64,000 nt of DNA from an uncultured Desulfatitalea sp. (lineage in GTDB: Bacteria; Desulfobacterota; Desulfobacteria; Desulfobacterales; Desulfosarcinaceae), in the NCBI GenBank assembly GCA_963668675.2, contig CAXXMB010000001.1, forward strand, positions 800,001 to 864,000, written 5' to 3'. Positions 1 through 10,336 of this stretch are shown here, piece by piece (within the stretch, counting starts at the first letter, position 1; the number at the start of each line of letters is the position of its first letter). The notes beneath the pieces were generated by a model that was not told where the DNA came from, did not search any database, and worked only from the letters and a program-made list of their open reading frames with translations. A program made the position numbers and the translations under genes.

Positions 1-321
1 GTGACCGGCACAGCAATATCTACATGCTTCAGCTTTATGCTACTCTTTTTTATTTTCCATTTCATTGTTAAACGATACTTTATCGGATTTATCACACCTC
101 CTCACCCTTTGATTTTATTGCTTTGCGTAACCGGCATCGGAGTTATGTCTCTTTTTTTGCCCCTGTCTATAATTGAATACCGAATTGCGGCAGCTTGTGC
201 GGGTACATTTGCCGTTGGTGTTTTGAGCTTTGCAGCAACTTGGCACTACTTGAAAATTTTCGATGCTGAAATTCACGGTGATCGCGCAGGCAGCCAAAAA
301 CATCCCAAACTGAATCTGTAA
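1..321 (+). CDS. 3' fragment of a membrane protein, possibly a polysaccharide flippase (Wzx/MOP family); 5' end is outside the window
   Basis: Open frame from base 1 with about three hydrophobic segments; lies upstream of co-directional glycan genes. The family is inferred from context. Confidence 0.45.
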   Translation: MTGTAISTCFSFMLLFFIFHFIVKRYFIGFITPPHPLILLLCVTGIGVMSLFLPLSIIEYRIAAACAGTFAVGVLSFAATWHYLKIFDAEIHGDRAGSQKHPKLNL

Positions 322-361
322 TCAGTAAAGGCAGGCCAGAGAAAAGAACAACAGGTACACA

Positions 362-1207
362 ATGAAGACGCATGTTGGCAGGTTAGTGAACTTCCTGAAA
401 GAGCCACTGACTTTTATAAAGTGGTGGCAATATCAAAAAACACGTTCCTCTAAAGACAATGTGTTTTTGGTTACCATGAACCACGCAGGTACTCACTGGA
501 TAAGGATGCTTGTCGCCAAATCCTTGATACAAGTATATGGACTAGGGGACGATATCAATGACATTAAAGCATTCGATCTGATTCCTCCATATCATCGCAA
601 GAGATACCGCTTCAAATACAATGACAATAAGCGGATCATGAGAATACAACACAGTCATGCAAAGTATTACAACATTCATTTCAGAAATGGCCGCGTTATA
701 CTTCTCGTTAGAGATCTGCGTGATGCGATCTATTCACATTACCGCAGTTACAGTGCCAGAAACGCGCCCGATTTGAAGTTTTCCGACTTCTTACGCGGTC
801 ACAATGTCGATAAAAATAGACACTACACATTAGATCGCCGTATTGACTTCCTGAATTCCTGGAATCTCGGACAGGAGAATTTGAAATCTTTCTTGGTTGT
901 ACGGTATGAAGATGTGAGTGTTAAACCAAACCGGGAATTGGGCAGAATGTTCAAATTTCTCGAATGGGATCCTGACGAAACAGTTATTGATAACGCTGTA
1001 AACTTCGCATCCCGAGAGAATATGCGTGAGCTTGAAGCGATGAATCCGGTGTCATTGAATGAAGGAAAAACCGTGAAGGTGAGGGAGGCAAAAAGCCGGC
1101 AATATCACGACAAGTACGGTCTACAAGACCGCGCATACTTTATGAGAATGATCAATAGTAAGCTGCGATACGATTATGGATACAATTATGATATATGGGA
1201 AAATTAA
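362..1207 (+). CDS. PAPS-dependent sulfotransferase-domain protein
   Basis: 5'-PSB-like FLVTMNHAGTHW, 3'-PB-like LLVRDLRDAIYS, VVRYEDV, and C-terminal ASRENMR...KVR segments typical of the Sulfotransfer_1 fold. Confidence 0.75.
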   Translation: MKTHVGRLVNFLKEPLTFIKWWQYQKTRSSKDNVFLVTMNHAGTHWIRMLVAKSLIQVYGLGDDINDIKAFDLIPPYHRKRYRFKYNDNKRIMRIQHSHAKYYNIHFRNGRVILLVRDLRDAIYSHYRSYSARNAPDLKFSDFLRGHNVDKNRHYTLDRRIDFLNSWNLGQENLKSFLVVRYEDVSVKPNRELGRMFKFLEWDPDETVIDNAVNFASRENMRELEAMNPVSLNEGKTVKVREAKSRQYHDKYGLQDRAYFMRMINSKLRYDYGYNYDIWEN

Positions 1208-1298
1208 TAAGGACGTGGTCACGATGCAGTTTTCGTATCTATCAAAAAGGCGGGATGGTGAACGAAAACTCATTTTACTATATTGATAGCAAGGTCTG

Positions 1299-1919
1299 AT
1301 GAACGAAAAATCACCTAATGATTCAAAATGCCAATTAAAACACAAACCGGCAGGAAAAATTATTTTTGGGTTAATGCTGTTTCTGCTTTTCGCTATTCCG
1401 AAATTTTCAGGTTTTGAACACTATAACGCCGAAATATGGATTTCCAATGATTTGCTGCTCTATGATGATTATACCAGAAATCAATATGACAAATTTTTAA
1501 ACAACATTCGTCAAATTTATTTTAGCGGCTTCAGGTGTGAAATCAATTGGAGATACGCCGCCAAAAAGGGAAGAGTCTCTATCGATATGAGACACAGCGA
1601 TAAAGAAATATTAAATACACAGTATCGGGCTATTGTGGAAGGGGGGACAGAAATACTACAAAAACGATTGCAGGCAATACCTTCTATTGAAATATTTCGA
1701 ATGCCAGGCAATGGATTGGGAATATATAATCGCATCATAAATTTAGAGACATCTTATTGGGGAGAGGCCGAAGAAACTCGGCTGGGCCAACTTGAAAAAA
1801 GGCAAGTGCTGGCAATTATCTTTCTATCAATACTAAAAACACTATTGACCTATAGTTTGTTTCAATCGATACATCACCTCCTAAAAATCAACAGCCCTAT
1901 GTTTAAGAGGCTTTTTTAA
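1299..1919 (+). CDS. Hypothetical membrane protein (N- and C-terminal hydrophobic segments around a soluble loop)
   Basis: 206-aa ORF filling the gap in a co-directional operon; no family recognised. Confidence 0.55.
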   Translation: MNEKSPNDSKCQLKHKPAGKIIFGLMLFLLFAIPKFSGFEHYNAEIWISNDLLLYDDYTRNQYDKFLNNIRQIYFSGFRCEINWRYAAKKGRVSIDMRHSDKEILNTQYRAIVEGGTEILQKRLQAIPSIEIFRMPGNGLGIYNRIINLETSYWGEAEETRLGQLEKRQVLAIIFLSILKTLLTYSLFQSIHHLLKINSPMFKRLF

Positions 1920-1934
1920 AGAACTATATTTACT

Positions 1935-3140
1935 ATGCCTTTGGCGATCCTGACAATTAGCTTTGTTTTCTGGGGGTTGATACCGCTGCACGGGATCACG
2001 ATTGGCGGTATAAAGAGTTTCCCATCTATTTCAGCATACCATGTGATGCTGATTCTCATCACTTTCTCATCGCTTTTAACCTTAGCTCCATTTTGTCGGG
2101 AAAAAAAATCGCCGTTCTCCTTGTTTGAACGCATCGGGATCCATCACATTGTATTGTCATTTGCATTTGTTGTTGCCAATTTACTCTTAGCGTTTGTTAA
2201 CAATGAGATTTACTGGGTATTGTTGATCAGTGAATCCAGCTTGCTTTATTTATTGATTTGCATCTACCTGCTTGAGGCGCATGTCAGTTACGAAACTATT
2301 CTGCGAGCTATCGTTTGTGGTGGTGTCGTCCTCATTTTAGCCGACTTGTGTTCATATGCTGCTGGAAACCCAGTTATTCAACACAGTGACTGGTTGGACT
2401 ACGGGTATGGCGGGATTGGCGTAAAATCTACTTTTCAAAACCACGAATCAGGAATGACACTCTCTTTGGCTGCGGTGTACCTGCTTTCATACTGCGGTAA
2501 GATTAACCGGGTCTACGAAAAGCTTTTCGAAAGAGCCGTATGGTTTTTCATTGTCCTATCTCAATCAAGGAGCGGAATCGTCGCCATATTGATATTGTCA
2601 TTTTCTAGATACTCAAATGAGATCAGACAATTCCTTTGCTCGGTAGCCCGGATTGTCAGATTCCGCCACAAACGGCAGTTCGTATATATTCTTTTCTTCT
2701 TCCTTTGCGGAATCGTTTTCTATGCGATTCTGCAATATCTTATCGAAGCCCGAGTGTCAACAGTTGGCATCAGATTCATGCAATATCAGATATTGGTTCA
2801 AAATTTACCGGAATTTGCATTTGGCGGATTGATTAATATATGGGATGAACTCTCTGGAGGCATTGACGCACACAGCGTGGTCATTCAATATGCCATACAT
2901 TATGGTTACACAGGAATCGCGCTGTTTTTAATGCTTCAACTACAAATCGTAAAGAGAATAATGGATATGGTCAAGACGGGCGGTGATTTCAGGTTGCTCA
3001 TGTTATCGGTGGGAATGGCTGCCGCACTACTTTGTGAGTCACTGCTAGGACCTGAGATCCCGGCCAAATGGATGCACTTGTGCTTGATTGTCCTCAATCT
3101 CACTTTTATAAATTGTTGCTGTACCGGTAAAAAACCATAA
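1935..3140 (+). CDS. Polytopic membrane protein, Wzy/O-antigen ligase-like polymerase
   Basis: About 10 hydrophobic segments, LSQSRSG motif and late DAHS...YGYTG motif of Wzy_C-type proteins; glycan-cluster context. Confidence 0.7.
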   Translation: MPLAILTISFVFWGLIPLHGITIGGIKSFPSISAYHVMLILITFSSLLTLAPFCREKKSPFSLFERIGIHHIVLSFAFVVANLLLAFVNNEIYWVLLISESSLLYLLICIYLLEAHVSYETILRAIVCGGVVLILADLCSYAAGNPVIQHSDWLDYGYGGIGVKSTFQNHESGMTLSLAAVYLLSYCGKINRVYEKLFERAVWFFIVLSQSRSGIVAILILSFSRYSNEIRQFLCSVARIVRFRHKRQFVYILFFFLCGIVFYAILQYLIEARVSTVGIRFMQYQILVQNLPEFAFGGLINIWDELSGGIDAHSVVIQYAIHYGYTGIALFLMLQLQIVKRIMDMVKTGGDFRLLMLSVGMAAALLCESLLGPEIPAKWMHLCLIVLNLTFINCCCTGKKP

Positions 3141-3238
3141 AGAGAACAAATCCTGACAGAACTTTCCGTCTGGTTTATTTTCAGATTCATAATGAATCCA
3201 TTTATCATCGAATAGAATATCTGGCAGAAGAGTAAAAA

Positions 3239-4390
3239 ATGCGCGTTGTAATAATAGATCCGCTTCTTTTGTATGTCCGCGGTGGTGCTGAGACCAACGA
3301 CCTCAATCTCGGATCATCGCTTGAAAATAATGGCCATATTGTAAATTATATTGTTGGAGAAAAAGTTGATAGCGCCTGTTTCCCGATATCAAAGAGAGAC
3401 AAGGATGTGCTCATCCCTACCTATTTTCCGAAAGATGATTTGCTCAACGCACATAATCTTTTGGGAAAATTTCTACGATTCATTTTTTATCTCGATTTCT
3501 CACGGCGCATTATTTTCAAGAAACCCGTTTCCCTAAAAAATGCTGACTTAGTGCTAATTACCGGTCGACCGATTGTATCTCTTAGTAAGTTTGTAACTAG
3601 ATCTCCTGTCGTATACAGCATTCGAGGTAATATAGGTTACATCAACCGGTGGTTTTGCAGGTTGTCAGATGGTTTGATATTCTGGGGCGGGTGTGAAGCA
3701 GACAACCCTGATTCTTTTGCAAGAAATATTGCCTCTATAAAACTCGATCCGTGTGTGGATGACAAATTCTTTTACAAAGCGCCATCAGATATAGCATTGC
3801 GCAGTAAACTCCAGATGGGCGATCCTAACAGCCATGTGATCCTTTATGCAGGAAGGATAGAGCCGATAAAGCAGCTGCCGCATATGGTTTCTGCAATCAG
3901 AATTGCTGTTGGCAAAGGTTATAATATTAAAGTCGTTTTCATTGGAGATGGGTCGATGAAGAGGGAACTGGTCGTTCTTACAGACGAATTACTCCCCGGG
4001 CGAGTACTATTTGCAGGAAGCCAACCACCAAAGGTTGTCGGGGAGATGATGCGGGCGTCTGACGTGTTTATGCTGACATCTAGAACCGAGAATCATCCAA
4101 TCGCCGCAAAAGAGGCTATCAGTTGCGGTTTGAATGTCATTGCTTACGATGTTGGCCGAATCAGGAAAATTATTGATCATTGGGATGCAGGAAGTGTTGT
4201 TGAAGCAGACGACATTGAGGGTTTGGCTTGTGAGCTTTGCAAGTGTTTGGAAGCTAATCAAAACAATAACAGGACAGAATCAAATAATAGATCAATGTTG
4301 GCTATGGAAACATGGCATGAGGTGGCAACAAGGCTTGCTGATTGGGTAGAAAATGAGTTCTACCAGAAAAGAAAGCCACATTCGTCATAA
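3239..4390 (+). CDS. Glycosyltransferase family 4
   Basis: N-terminal GGAE, YAGRIEPIK and ENHPIAAKEA (EX7E) motifs. Confidence 0.9.
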   Translation: MRVVIIDPLLLYVRGGAETNDLNLGSSLENNGHIVNYIVGEKVDSACFPISKRDKDVLIPTYFPKDDLLNAHNLLGKFLRFIFYLDFSRRIIFKKPVSLKNADLVLITGRPIVSLSKFVTRSPVVYSIRGNIGYINRWFCRLSDGLIFWGGCEADNPDSFARNIASIKLDPCVDDKFFYKAPSDIALRSKLQMGDPNSHVILYAGRIEPIKQLPHMVSAIRIAVGKGYNIKVVFIGDGSMKRELVVLTDELLPGRVLFAGSQPPKVVGEMMRASDVFMLTSRTENHPIAAKEAISCGLNVIAYDVGRIRKIIDHWDAGSVVEADDIEGLACELCKCLEANQNNNRTESNNRSMLAMETWHEVATRLADWVENEFYQKRKPHSS

Positions 4391-4402
4391 AAGAATGCAA
4401 AA

Positions 4403-5689
4403 ATGGATAGAGCTTCTGGGATGGTAAGAGAAAAATTATTGCAACGTCGCGTTGTATTTTTGTGCGATCAAACTGTTGAAGTGCATTTTCCGGCTCATTT
4501 CAGTGATGTTTATCTGCAGCTCCTGCCAAAACGAGGCTGGGATGTTAGTCTATGGGCTTTTGCACTGGACACGGAATCTACCTTCTCAAGATCCCTAAAA
4601 GCTACAAAGAGCGTACGGTTATATCACAAACGACCTGGTAGCCTGTTCGGAAGAATTGCTTTATCAGGCCGGATACCTTTCGTAATTTATCGTTGGTACA
4701 AAACGATGAACTTGGCAGACTCAGATATAATCGTCGTTCACAATGATCCCGTGCTCGGACTGATCGCTTGGATATGGGCCAGAAAAACAAATGCGGCACT
4801 CATCTTTCGCGTCACGCACTTAATTCCTGAAAGTGTCGCCGCTATGGGGAGCAATATATTTTATCGCACTGTGGCCAATGTTGCGCAGTATCTGCGTGAT
4901 TGGGTTATGCGTAGAAGCGATGCGGTTATGCCCACAAGCAGGGCAATGGCTTGTAAGCTTGAAAAAGATTCGAATATTCCCGGAGATATTATTCATCCGC
5001 TGGTTGCAACTGTGAACACAAGAATAAGCGCAAGCAATGGGGACGGAGAGTGTTTGGCGGCATATGATCGTGTGGCATCCCAGCTTTCGCTCCATGCATG
5101 CGATATTTGGTTGACTTATTTAGGAACGCTCGATCCCCAACGTCGCCCCAGCTTCTTGATCGACACGATTTATGAATTGAGAGCGATGGGCATGAATGCC
5201 GGTCTTTTAGTTCTTGGTGTGGTGCGGAAACAATCTCACATTAAGCGGCTGCAAGACTATGCAAAGGACCGCCGGGTGGAGGATTGTGTTGTCTGGTCAA
5301 AGCCTGTACCTGACAACTGTATTCCATCAGTCCTAAGACTCGTACACGTGGGGCTATGCCCATTTCCGATCGATCCGATATTGCGGACCAACTCTCCCCT
5401 GAAAACACTCGAATACATTAGAAGCGGTATACCGGTGGTTGTATCGCCGGTGCCGGATAGTATAGAGGTCGTTTCGAAAAGCGGTGCCGGAGTGGTTGCC
5501 GAGTATGATGCTCACTCTTTCGCAAAAGGAGCGTTTGAATTGGCTTCGGAATCAAAGGAACTGCGTGAGTCCAGAATGCAAAAGGCTATGGCGTGGCTTG
5601 CCGCAAATAGAGACATCGATGTTGCCTGCGACTTATTGATTAAAACTGGGGAACTGGCTGTCGCACACCGCAGGAAACAGGTTGCATAG
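4403..5689 (+). CDS. Glycosyltransferase family 4 (GT-B)
   Basis: YLGTLDPQR and SPLKTLEYIRSGIPVV C-terminal GT4 signature. Confidence 0.85.
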   Translation: MDRASGMVREKLLQRRVVFLCDQTVEVHFPAHFSDVYLQLLPKRGWDVSLWAFALDTESTFSRSLKATKSVRLYHKRPGSLFGRIALSGRIPFVIYRWYKTMNLADSDIIVVHNDPVLGLIAWIWARKTNAALIFRVTHLIPESVAAMGSNIFYRTVANVAQYLRDWVMRRSDAVMPTSRAMACKLEKDSNIPGDIIHPLVATVNTRISASNGDGECLAAYDRVASQLSLHACDIWLTYLGTLDPQRRPSFLIDTIYELRAMGMNAGLLVLGVVRKQSHIKRLQDYAKDRRVEDCVVWSKPVPDNCIPSVLRLVHVGLCPFPIDPILRTNSPLKTLEYIRSGIPVVVSPVPDSIEVVSKSGAGVVAEYDAHSFAKGAFELASESKELRESRMQKAMAWLAANRDIDVACDLLIKTGELAVAHRRKQVA

Positions 5690-5733
5690 TAAGACGACAG
5701 ATCAGATTTAAGCATAAATTTTAAGGAATTCAA

Positions 5734-6813
5734 ATGGAGAAATCTTTTAAGAATAAATCAGTCATGGTCACTGGAGCGTGTGGGACCATTGGCCGTGAAC
5801 TGGTCCGGCAACTCCTGGAGCATTATGAAATTGGAGAAATCGTTGGTATTGATAATAATGAAAGCGAGTTGTTTTTTCTGGAACAGCGCTTTTCAAACTA
5901 CGCGAATGCTACCTTCTTTTTAGCAGACATTCGGGATCGGGATAAGCTCATCCGTGTATCGCGCAATATGGACATTATTTTTCATACGGCTGCCTTCAAG
6001 CATGTTATCATGTGTGAACGATCTCCTTTTGAGGCCGTCCAGACCAACATCATCGGAATTCAAAACATCATTGCCGCCGCTTACCAGAATGGAATTGGAA
6101 GGGTGGTCTTTACCAGTTCAGACAAGGCGGTGAATCCTACTAATGTGATGGGGACCTCCAAACTAATGGGAGAGCGGTTGATCACTGCTGCAAACAGCAA
6201 TGTTAGAGGCAAGGGACCACTATTTAGTTCAACCCGTTTTGGGAATGTACTGGGTTCGAGGGGATCCGTTATTCCAATATTCAGAGAACAAATCCGAAGA
6301 GGAGGCCCCGTCACGTTGACAGATCCGGAAATGACAAGGTTTGTCATGAGTGTGGAAGAGGCAGTCCAACTGGTTATCGACTCGGTCTTCCTCATGAAAG
6401 GAGGCGAGGTATTCATCACCAAGATGCCTGCTATAAGAATTAAAGACTTGGCCGAGATTATGATAAGAGAACTTGGCAAGGAGTTTGGTTTGGTTCCCGA
6501 TCAGATACCAATAACGACGATTGGCACCAAACCGGGTGAAAAGATGTATGAAGAGTTGATGAGTATGGAAGAGACACGCCGCTCTATTGAACTACCGCAA
6601 TACTTTTCAGTACTCCCCGCGTTTAAAGGGCTTTATAGAAACATAAAGTATGACTACCCCGAAATCATATCAGGGACCGTGACAAAACCCTATCATTCCG
6701 GAGACGGTGAATATCTCACTGTTCAAGCACTGCAAGAATTCTTAGAAAAAAACGGCCTGCTTCACGAAGATTTTAAACAATTTGAGAATCCTCAGGAACG
6801 TTACTGGCCCTGA
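5734..6813 (+). CDS. Soluble UDP-sugar 4,6-dehydratase (CapD/Polysacc_synt_2 family)
   Basis: TGACGTIG, HTAAFKHV, SSDKAVNPTNVMGTSK, RFGNVLGSRGSV and KPGEKMYE motifs. Confidence 0.9.
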   Translation: MEKSFKNKSVMVTGACGTIGRELVRQLLEHYEIGEIVGIDNNESELFFLEQRFSNYANATFFLADIRDRDKLIRVSRNMDIIFHTAAFKHVIMCERSPFEAVQTNIIGIQNIIAAAYQNGIGRVVFTSSDKAVNPTNVMGTSKLMGERLITAANSNVRGKGPLFSSTRFGNVLGSRGSVIPIFREQIRRGGPVTLTDPEMTRFVMSVEEAVQLVIDSVFLMKGGEVFITKMPAIRIKDLAEIMIRELGKEFGLVPDQIPITTIGTKPGEKMYEELMSMEETRRSIELPQYFSVLPAFKGLYRNIKYDYPEIISGTVTKPYHSGDGEYLTVQALQEFLEKNGLLHEDFKQFENPQERYWP

Positions 6814-6859
6814 ATTTTATTATAGAATTTCTTTGTGAATCAAAAAAAGGGAAATTTAC

Positions 6860-8008
6860 ATGAGAGTTCTAATTCTAGGCGGTGATGGTTACTTAGGATG
6901 GCCCACTGCAATGAATCTCACCGCCAAAGGACATCAGGTGGCGGTTGTCGATAATTACCTGAGGCGGCGTCTGTGTCAGGAAATAGATGTGAGACCGCTT
7001 TTTATGGTCCCGAATTTGAACGAACGTGCCGAGCTTTGGGAACAAAAATCCGGCCAACATATTCCTGTCTACATAGGCGATCTTGCCGCATGGGATTTTA
7101 TGTCAGAAACTTTCAGGGTATTTCAGCCTGAGGCTATTGTGCACTACGCCGAGCAGCCGTCTGCGCCTTTTTCCATGATGGATCGAAGGGCTGCCACATT
7201 GACGATCCAAAACAACCTGAATGTCACTGCCAATGTTGTTTTTGCGGTAAGGGAATTTGCGCCGGATGCCCACATCGTAAAAATTGGTACTATGGGTGAA
7301 TACGGAACACCAAACATCGATATTGAAGAAGGGTGGATTGATATCGAGCACAAGGGGCGGAGACAGAAATTTCTCTATCCGAGACAAGCCGGGAGTCTCT
7401 ATCACACGACCAAAATAATGGATACAGACTTGTTGTGGTTTTACGTCAGGATGTGGGGCCTGCGTGTTACAGATCTGATGCAGGGACCGGTTTATGGCTT
7501 GCAGACGGACGAAAATGAAAATGATCAAAATTTAATGCCGTTTTTTAATTATGACGAAGTATTTGGTACAGTCGTCAATCGGTTCGTGGTACAGGCGGTT
7601 GCAGACTATCCCCTGACAATATTTGGCAAAGGAGGCCAAACCAGGGGATATTTGGATTTGCGTGATACACTGCAGTGCGTGAGGTTATCACTTGAAAACC
7701 CGCCCAAATCAGGAGAATTGAGAATCTTCAATCAATTCGTAGAAACATTTTCAGTGAACGATCTTGCCAAGAGAATCAAGAAGGCGGGCAAGCAGTTAGG
7801 GCTTGAAGTAAAACTGAAATCGATCAAGAATCCCAGGGTGGAACTGGAAGACCATTATTATCGACCTGAACATACAGGTTTATTGGAATTGGGACTGCAA
7901 CCGCACTATCTTTCGGATGAAGTCCTATGCAAAATGATAGAAATTGCAATAAAAAATAGGGAATCTATTAGAAAAGACACAATTTTCAGAGGCGTTCAAT
8001 GGAAATAG
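6860..8008 (+). CDS. sqdB: UDP-sulfoquinovose synthase (SqdB/SQD1/Agl3 family)
   Basis: GGDGYLGWPTA, HYAEQPSAP, KIGTMGEYGTPNIDIEEG, YHTTK, TDLMQGPVYG and NPRVELEDHYY match SqdB/SQD1. Confidence 0.9.
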   Translation: MRVLILGGDGYLGWPTAMNLTAKGHQVAVVDNYLRRRLCQEIDVRPLFMVPNLNERAELWEQKSGQHIPVYIGDLAAWDFMSETFRVFQPEAIVHYAEQPSAPFSMMDRRAATLTIQNNLNVTANVVFAVREFAPDAHIVKIGTMGEYGTPNIDIEEGWIDIEHKGRRQKFLYPRQAGSLYHTTKIMDTDLLWFYVRMWGLRVTDLMQGPVYGLQTDENENDQNLMPFFNYDEVFGTVVNRFVVQAVADYPLTIFGKGGQTRGYLDLRDTLQCVRLSLENPPKSGELRIFNQFVETFSVNDLAKRIKKAGKQLGLEVKLKSIKNPRVELEDHYYRPEHTGLLELGLQPHYLSDEVLCKMIEIAIKNRESIRKDTIFRGVQWK

Positions 8009-8065
8009 ATGCACTTTAACTGGAAATTTAAGGAGGCATAATGAAACAATGGCAGAGATGTAGTT

Positions 8066-9082
8066 ATGAAATGGAATGAAAAACAGCCGATCAGGTACTT
8101 GATCACTGGCGGGTGCGGATTTATCGGGTCTAATTTTATTCGGCATTTACGCAAGAAGGCCCCCCAAAGTCAAATTCGCGTACTGGACAATTTGTCGGTC
8201 GGCAGCACTGATGATCTTGCCAATGTATGCCAATTCGAACAAAATGTCATTTCAAATGATAACCGCTCCATCCAGGATTTTAAAGAGAAAGTCCAGTTGG
8301 TTGTCGGCGATATCAGAAATTATGAAACATGCGTGATCAGCGCTCAGGGCGTAGATGTCATTATTCATCTGGCCGCCAATACGGGTGTGGCGCCATCTGT
8401 TGAGAATCCCAGAACCGACATGGAAACCAATGTCATCGGTGTGTTCAATATGCTGGAGGCTGCTCGCAAGGTCAATGTAAGACGTTTTGTTTTTGCATCT
8501 TCAGGAGCCCCGATTGGTGAGGTCGAACCTCCTATTCACGAAGAGCTGGCTCCACATCCTGTCTCTCCATACGGTGCAAGTAAACTGGCTGGAGAAGGTT
8601 ACTGTTCAGCCTTTTACAGAACGTATGGTCTTGAGACAGTTTCACTTCGATTTGGAAATGTGTATGGACCTGGTTCCGAACATAAAAGTAGTGTTGTAGC
8701 AGAATTTATTCGCAATGCACTGACGGGAGAATCCCTTGAGATTTACGGGGATGGCAAGCAGACACGTGATTTTATTTTTATTGACGATTTGATCGAAGCT
8801 ATCATGTTGTCGTGCGTATCGCCAGAAATAGGTGGGGAAACGTTTCAGATCGCCTCAAATCGTGAGACCACCATAACGGAATTGGTTGATCTCCTTTTGC
8901 ATCTCCTGAAACGGTTCGGTTTAAGTAATATAAACGTTGTCACGGCTGATCCGCGCCAAGGGGATGTCAAACGCAACTTTTCCGACACCAACAAAGCAAA
9001 GAAACGACTTGGATGGACACCGATATTCGATTTAGAAAAGGGGTTGAAAAGGACAATTTCCTGGTTTTTGAATCGTCAGTAA
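8066..9082 (+). CDS. NAD-dependent nucleotide-sugar epimerase/dehydratase (extended SDR)
   Basis: TGGCGFIG, YGASK, RFGNVYGP and GDGKQTRDF motifs. Confidence 0.9.
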   Translation: MKWNEKQPIRYLITGGCGFIGSNFIRHLRKKAPQSQIRVLDNLSVGSTDDLANVCQFEQNVISNDNRSIQDFKEKVQLVVGDIRNYETCVISAQGVDVIIHLAANTGVAPSVENPRTDMETNVIGVFNMLEAARKVNVRRFVFASSGAPIGEVEPPIHEELAPHPVSPYGASKLAGEGYCSAFYRTYGLETVSLRFGNVYGPGSEHKSSVVAEFIRNALTGESLEIYGDGKQTRDFIFIDDLIEAIMLSCVSPEIGGETFQIASNRETTITELVDLLLHLLKRFGLSNINVVTADPRQGDVKRNFSDTNKAKKRLGWTPIFDLEKGLKRTISWFLNRQ

Positions 9083-9118
9083 GAGAGCTGATGGGACCCG
9101 AGCCAACGTGTTTATTCT

Positions 9119-10336
9119 ATGCGTAAAAAACTCAAAATTCTTTTTATAGTGACTGAAGATTGGTATTTTTACTCACATCGCATGGCTGTGGGTAAAGCTG
9201 CGATGCGGAATGGATATGAAGTTTGGCTCGCCACGCGTGTAAAAAATCATGGAGATCTTATAAGCAGGGAAGGAATCCATCTTTTACCGTTACAGGAATT
9301 CAACAGAAAACTGGAAAACCCTTTCTCCGAATTCCGGAAATTCAGTGAATTGTTGAAAGTATTGCGTCGTTTGCAGCCTGATATATTGCACAACGTTGCT
9401 ATGAAGCCTGTTGTCTTTGGTACGCTTGCCGCTCATATAGTAGGCGTGCCTACGATTGTTAACGCACTCGCAGGCATGGGATTTCTATTTATATCTTCAC
9501 ATCCGACTATAGGCCTCTTGCGTCGGCTATTCATTCTCAGTCTCAGAATTTTAATGCGATCCAATCGAGTCGGTATGATCGTCCAAAATGAAACCGATCG
9601 GCGACTACTGATAAGTGAGCGCATCACGTCGGAGCATCAGATTGCTTTAATTCGTGGCAGCGGTTTTGATCCTGCAATATTTCGTTTTGAGCCTGAAGAC
9701 GCAACGGGCCTTCCAATTGTTATACTGCCGTCACGGATGCTAATAGATAAAGGGGTTGAGCAATTCGTTGATGCTGCTCGATTTATAAATCACAAAAGGC
9801 GTGTAGCGAATTTCGTTTTAGTAGGACAACCGGATGAAGACAATCCTGCGTCGATCCCCCGTGCAAGATTGCAAGCGTGGCATAGGGAAGGTGCGGTAGA
9901 ATGGTGGGGGCACAAAAACGCCATGTCGAATGTCTTTGCCCAATCCAACATCATATGCCTGCCCTCTTACAGAGAGGGATTGCCTAAAGTGCTGGTCGAA
10001 GCGGCAGCTTGTGGTCGAGCCATTGTGACCACCGATGTTCCTGGCTGTAACGATGTTGTACACCATGGCGTAAATGGATTATTGGTGCCTCCAAGAAGTT
10101 CACGTAGATTAGCGTCTGCGATACTAAAATTGATCCGCAATCCTCAACTTAGAGAAAAAATGGGAAAAAATGGCAGACAACGAGTGTTGAGCACTTTTTC
10201 CGAATCCGCTGTAACCGATGATACTTTAAAGTTTTACGACCATATGACCTGTCGCGCCTATAACCCCTGCCGATTCGCAAGTTCGACGGAAAACGCTTTA
10301 TTGTGTTCAGACGCTGCTGAGGAGCCTTCCGTTTGA
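9119..10336 (+). CDS. Glycosyltransferase family 4 (PglA/CapM-like)
   Basis: EDWYFYSHR, RMLIDKG and PSYREGLPKVLVEAAA motifs. Confidence 0.9.
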   Translation: MRKKLKILFIVTEDWYFYSHRMAVGKAAMRNGYEVWLATRVKNHGDLISREGIHLLPLQEFNRKLENPFSEFRKFSELLKVLRRLQPDILHNVAMKPVVFGTLAAHIVGVPTIVNALAGMGFLFISSHPTIGLLRRLFILSLRILMRSNRVGMIVQNETDRRLLISERITSEHQIALIRGSGFDPAIFRFEPEDATGLPIVILPSRMLIDKGVEQFVDAARFINHKRRVANFVLVGQPDEDNPASIPRARLQAWHREGAVEWWGHKNAMSNVFAQSNIICLPSYREGLPKVLVEAAACGRAIVTTDVPGCNDVVHHGVNGLLVPPRSSRRLASAILKLIRNPQLREKMGKNGRQRVLSTFSESAVTDDTLKFYDHMTCRAYNPCRFASSTENALLCSDAAEEPSV

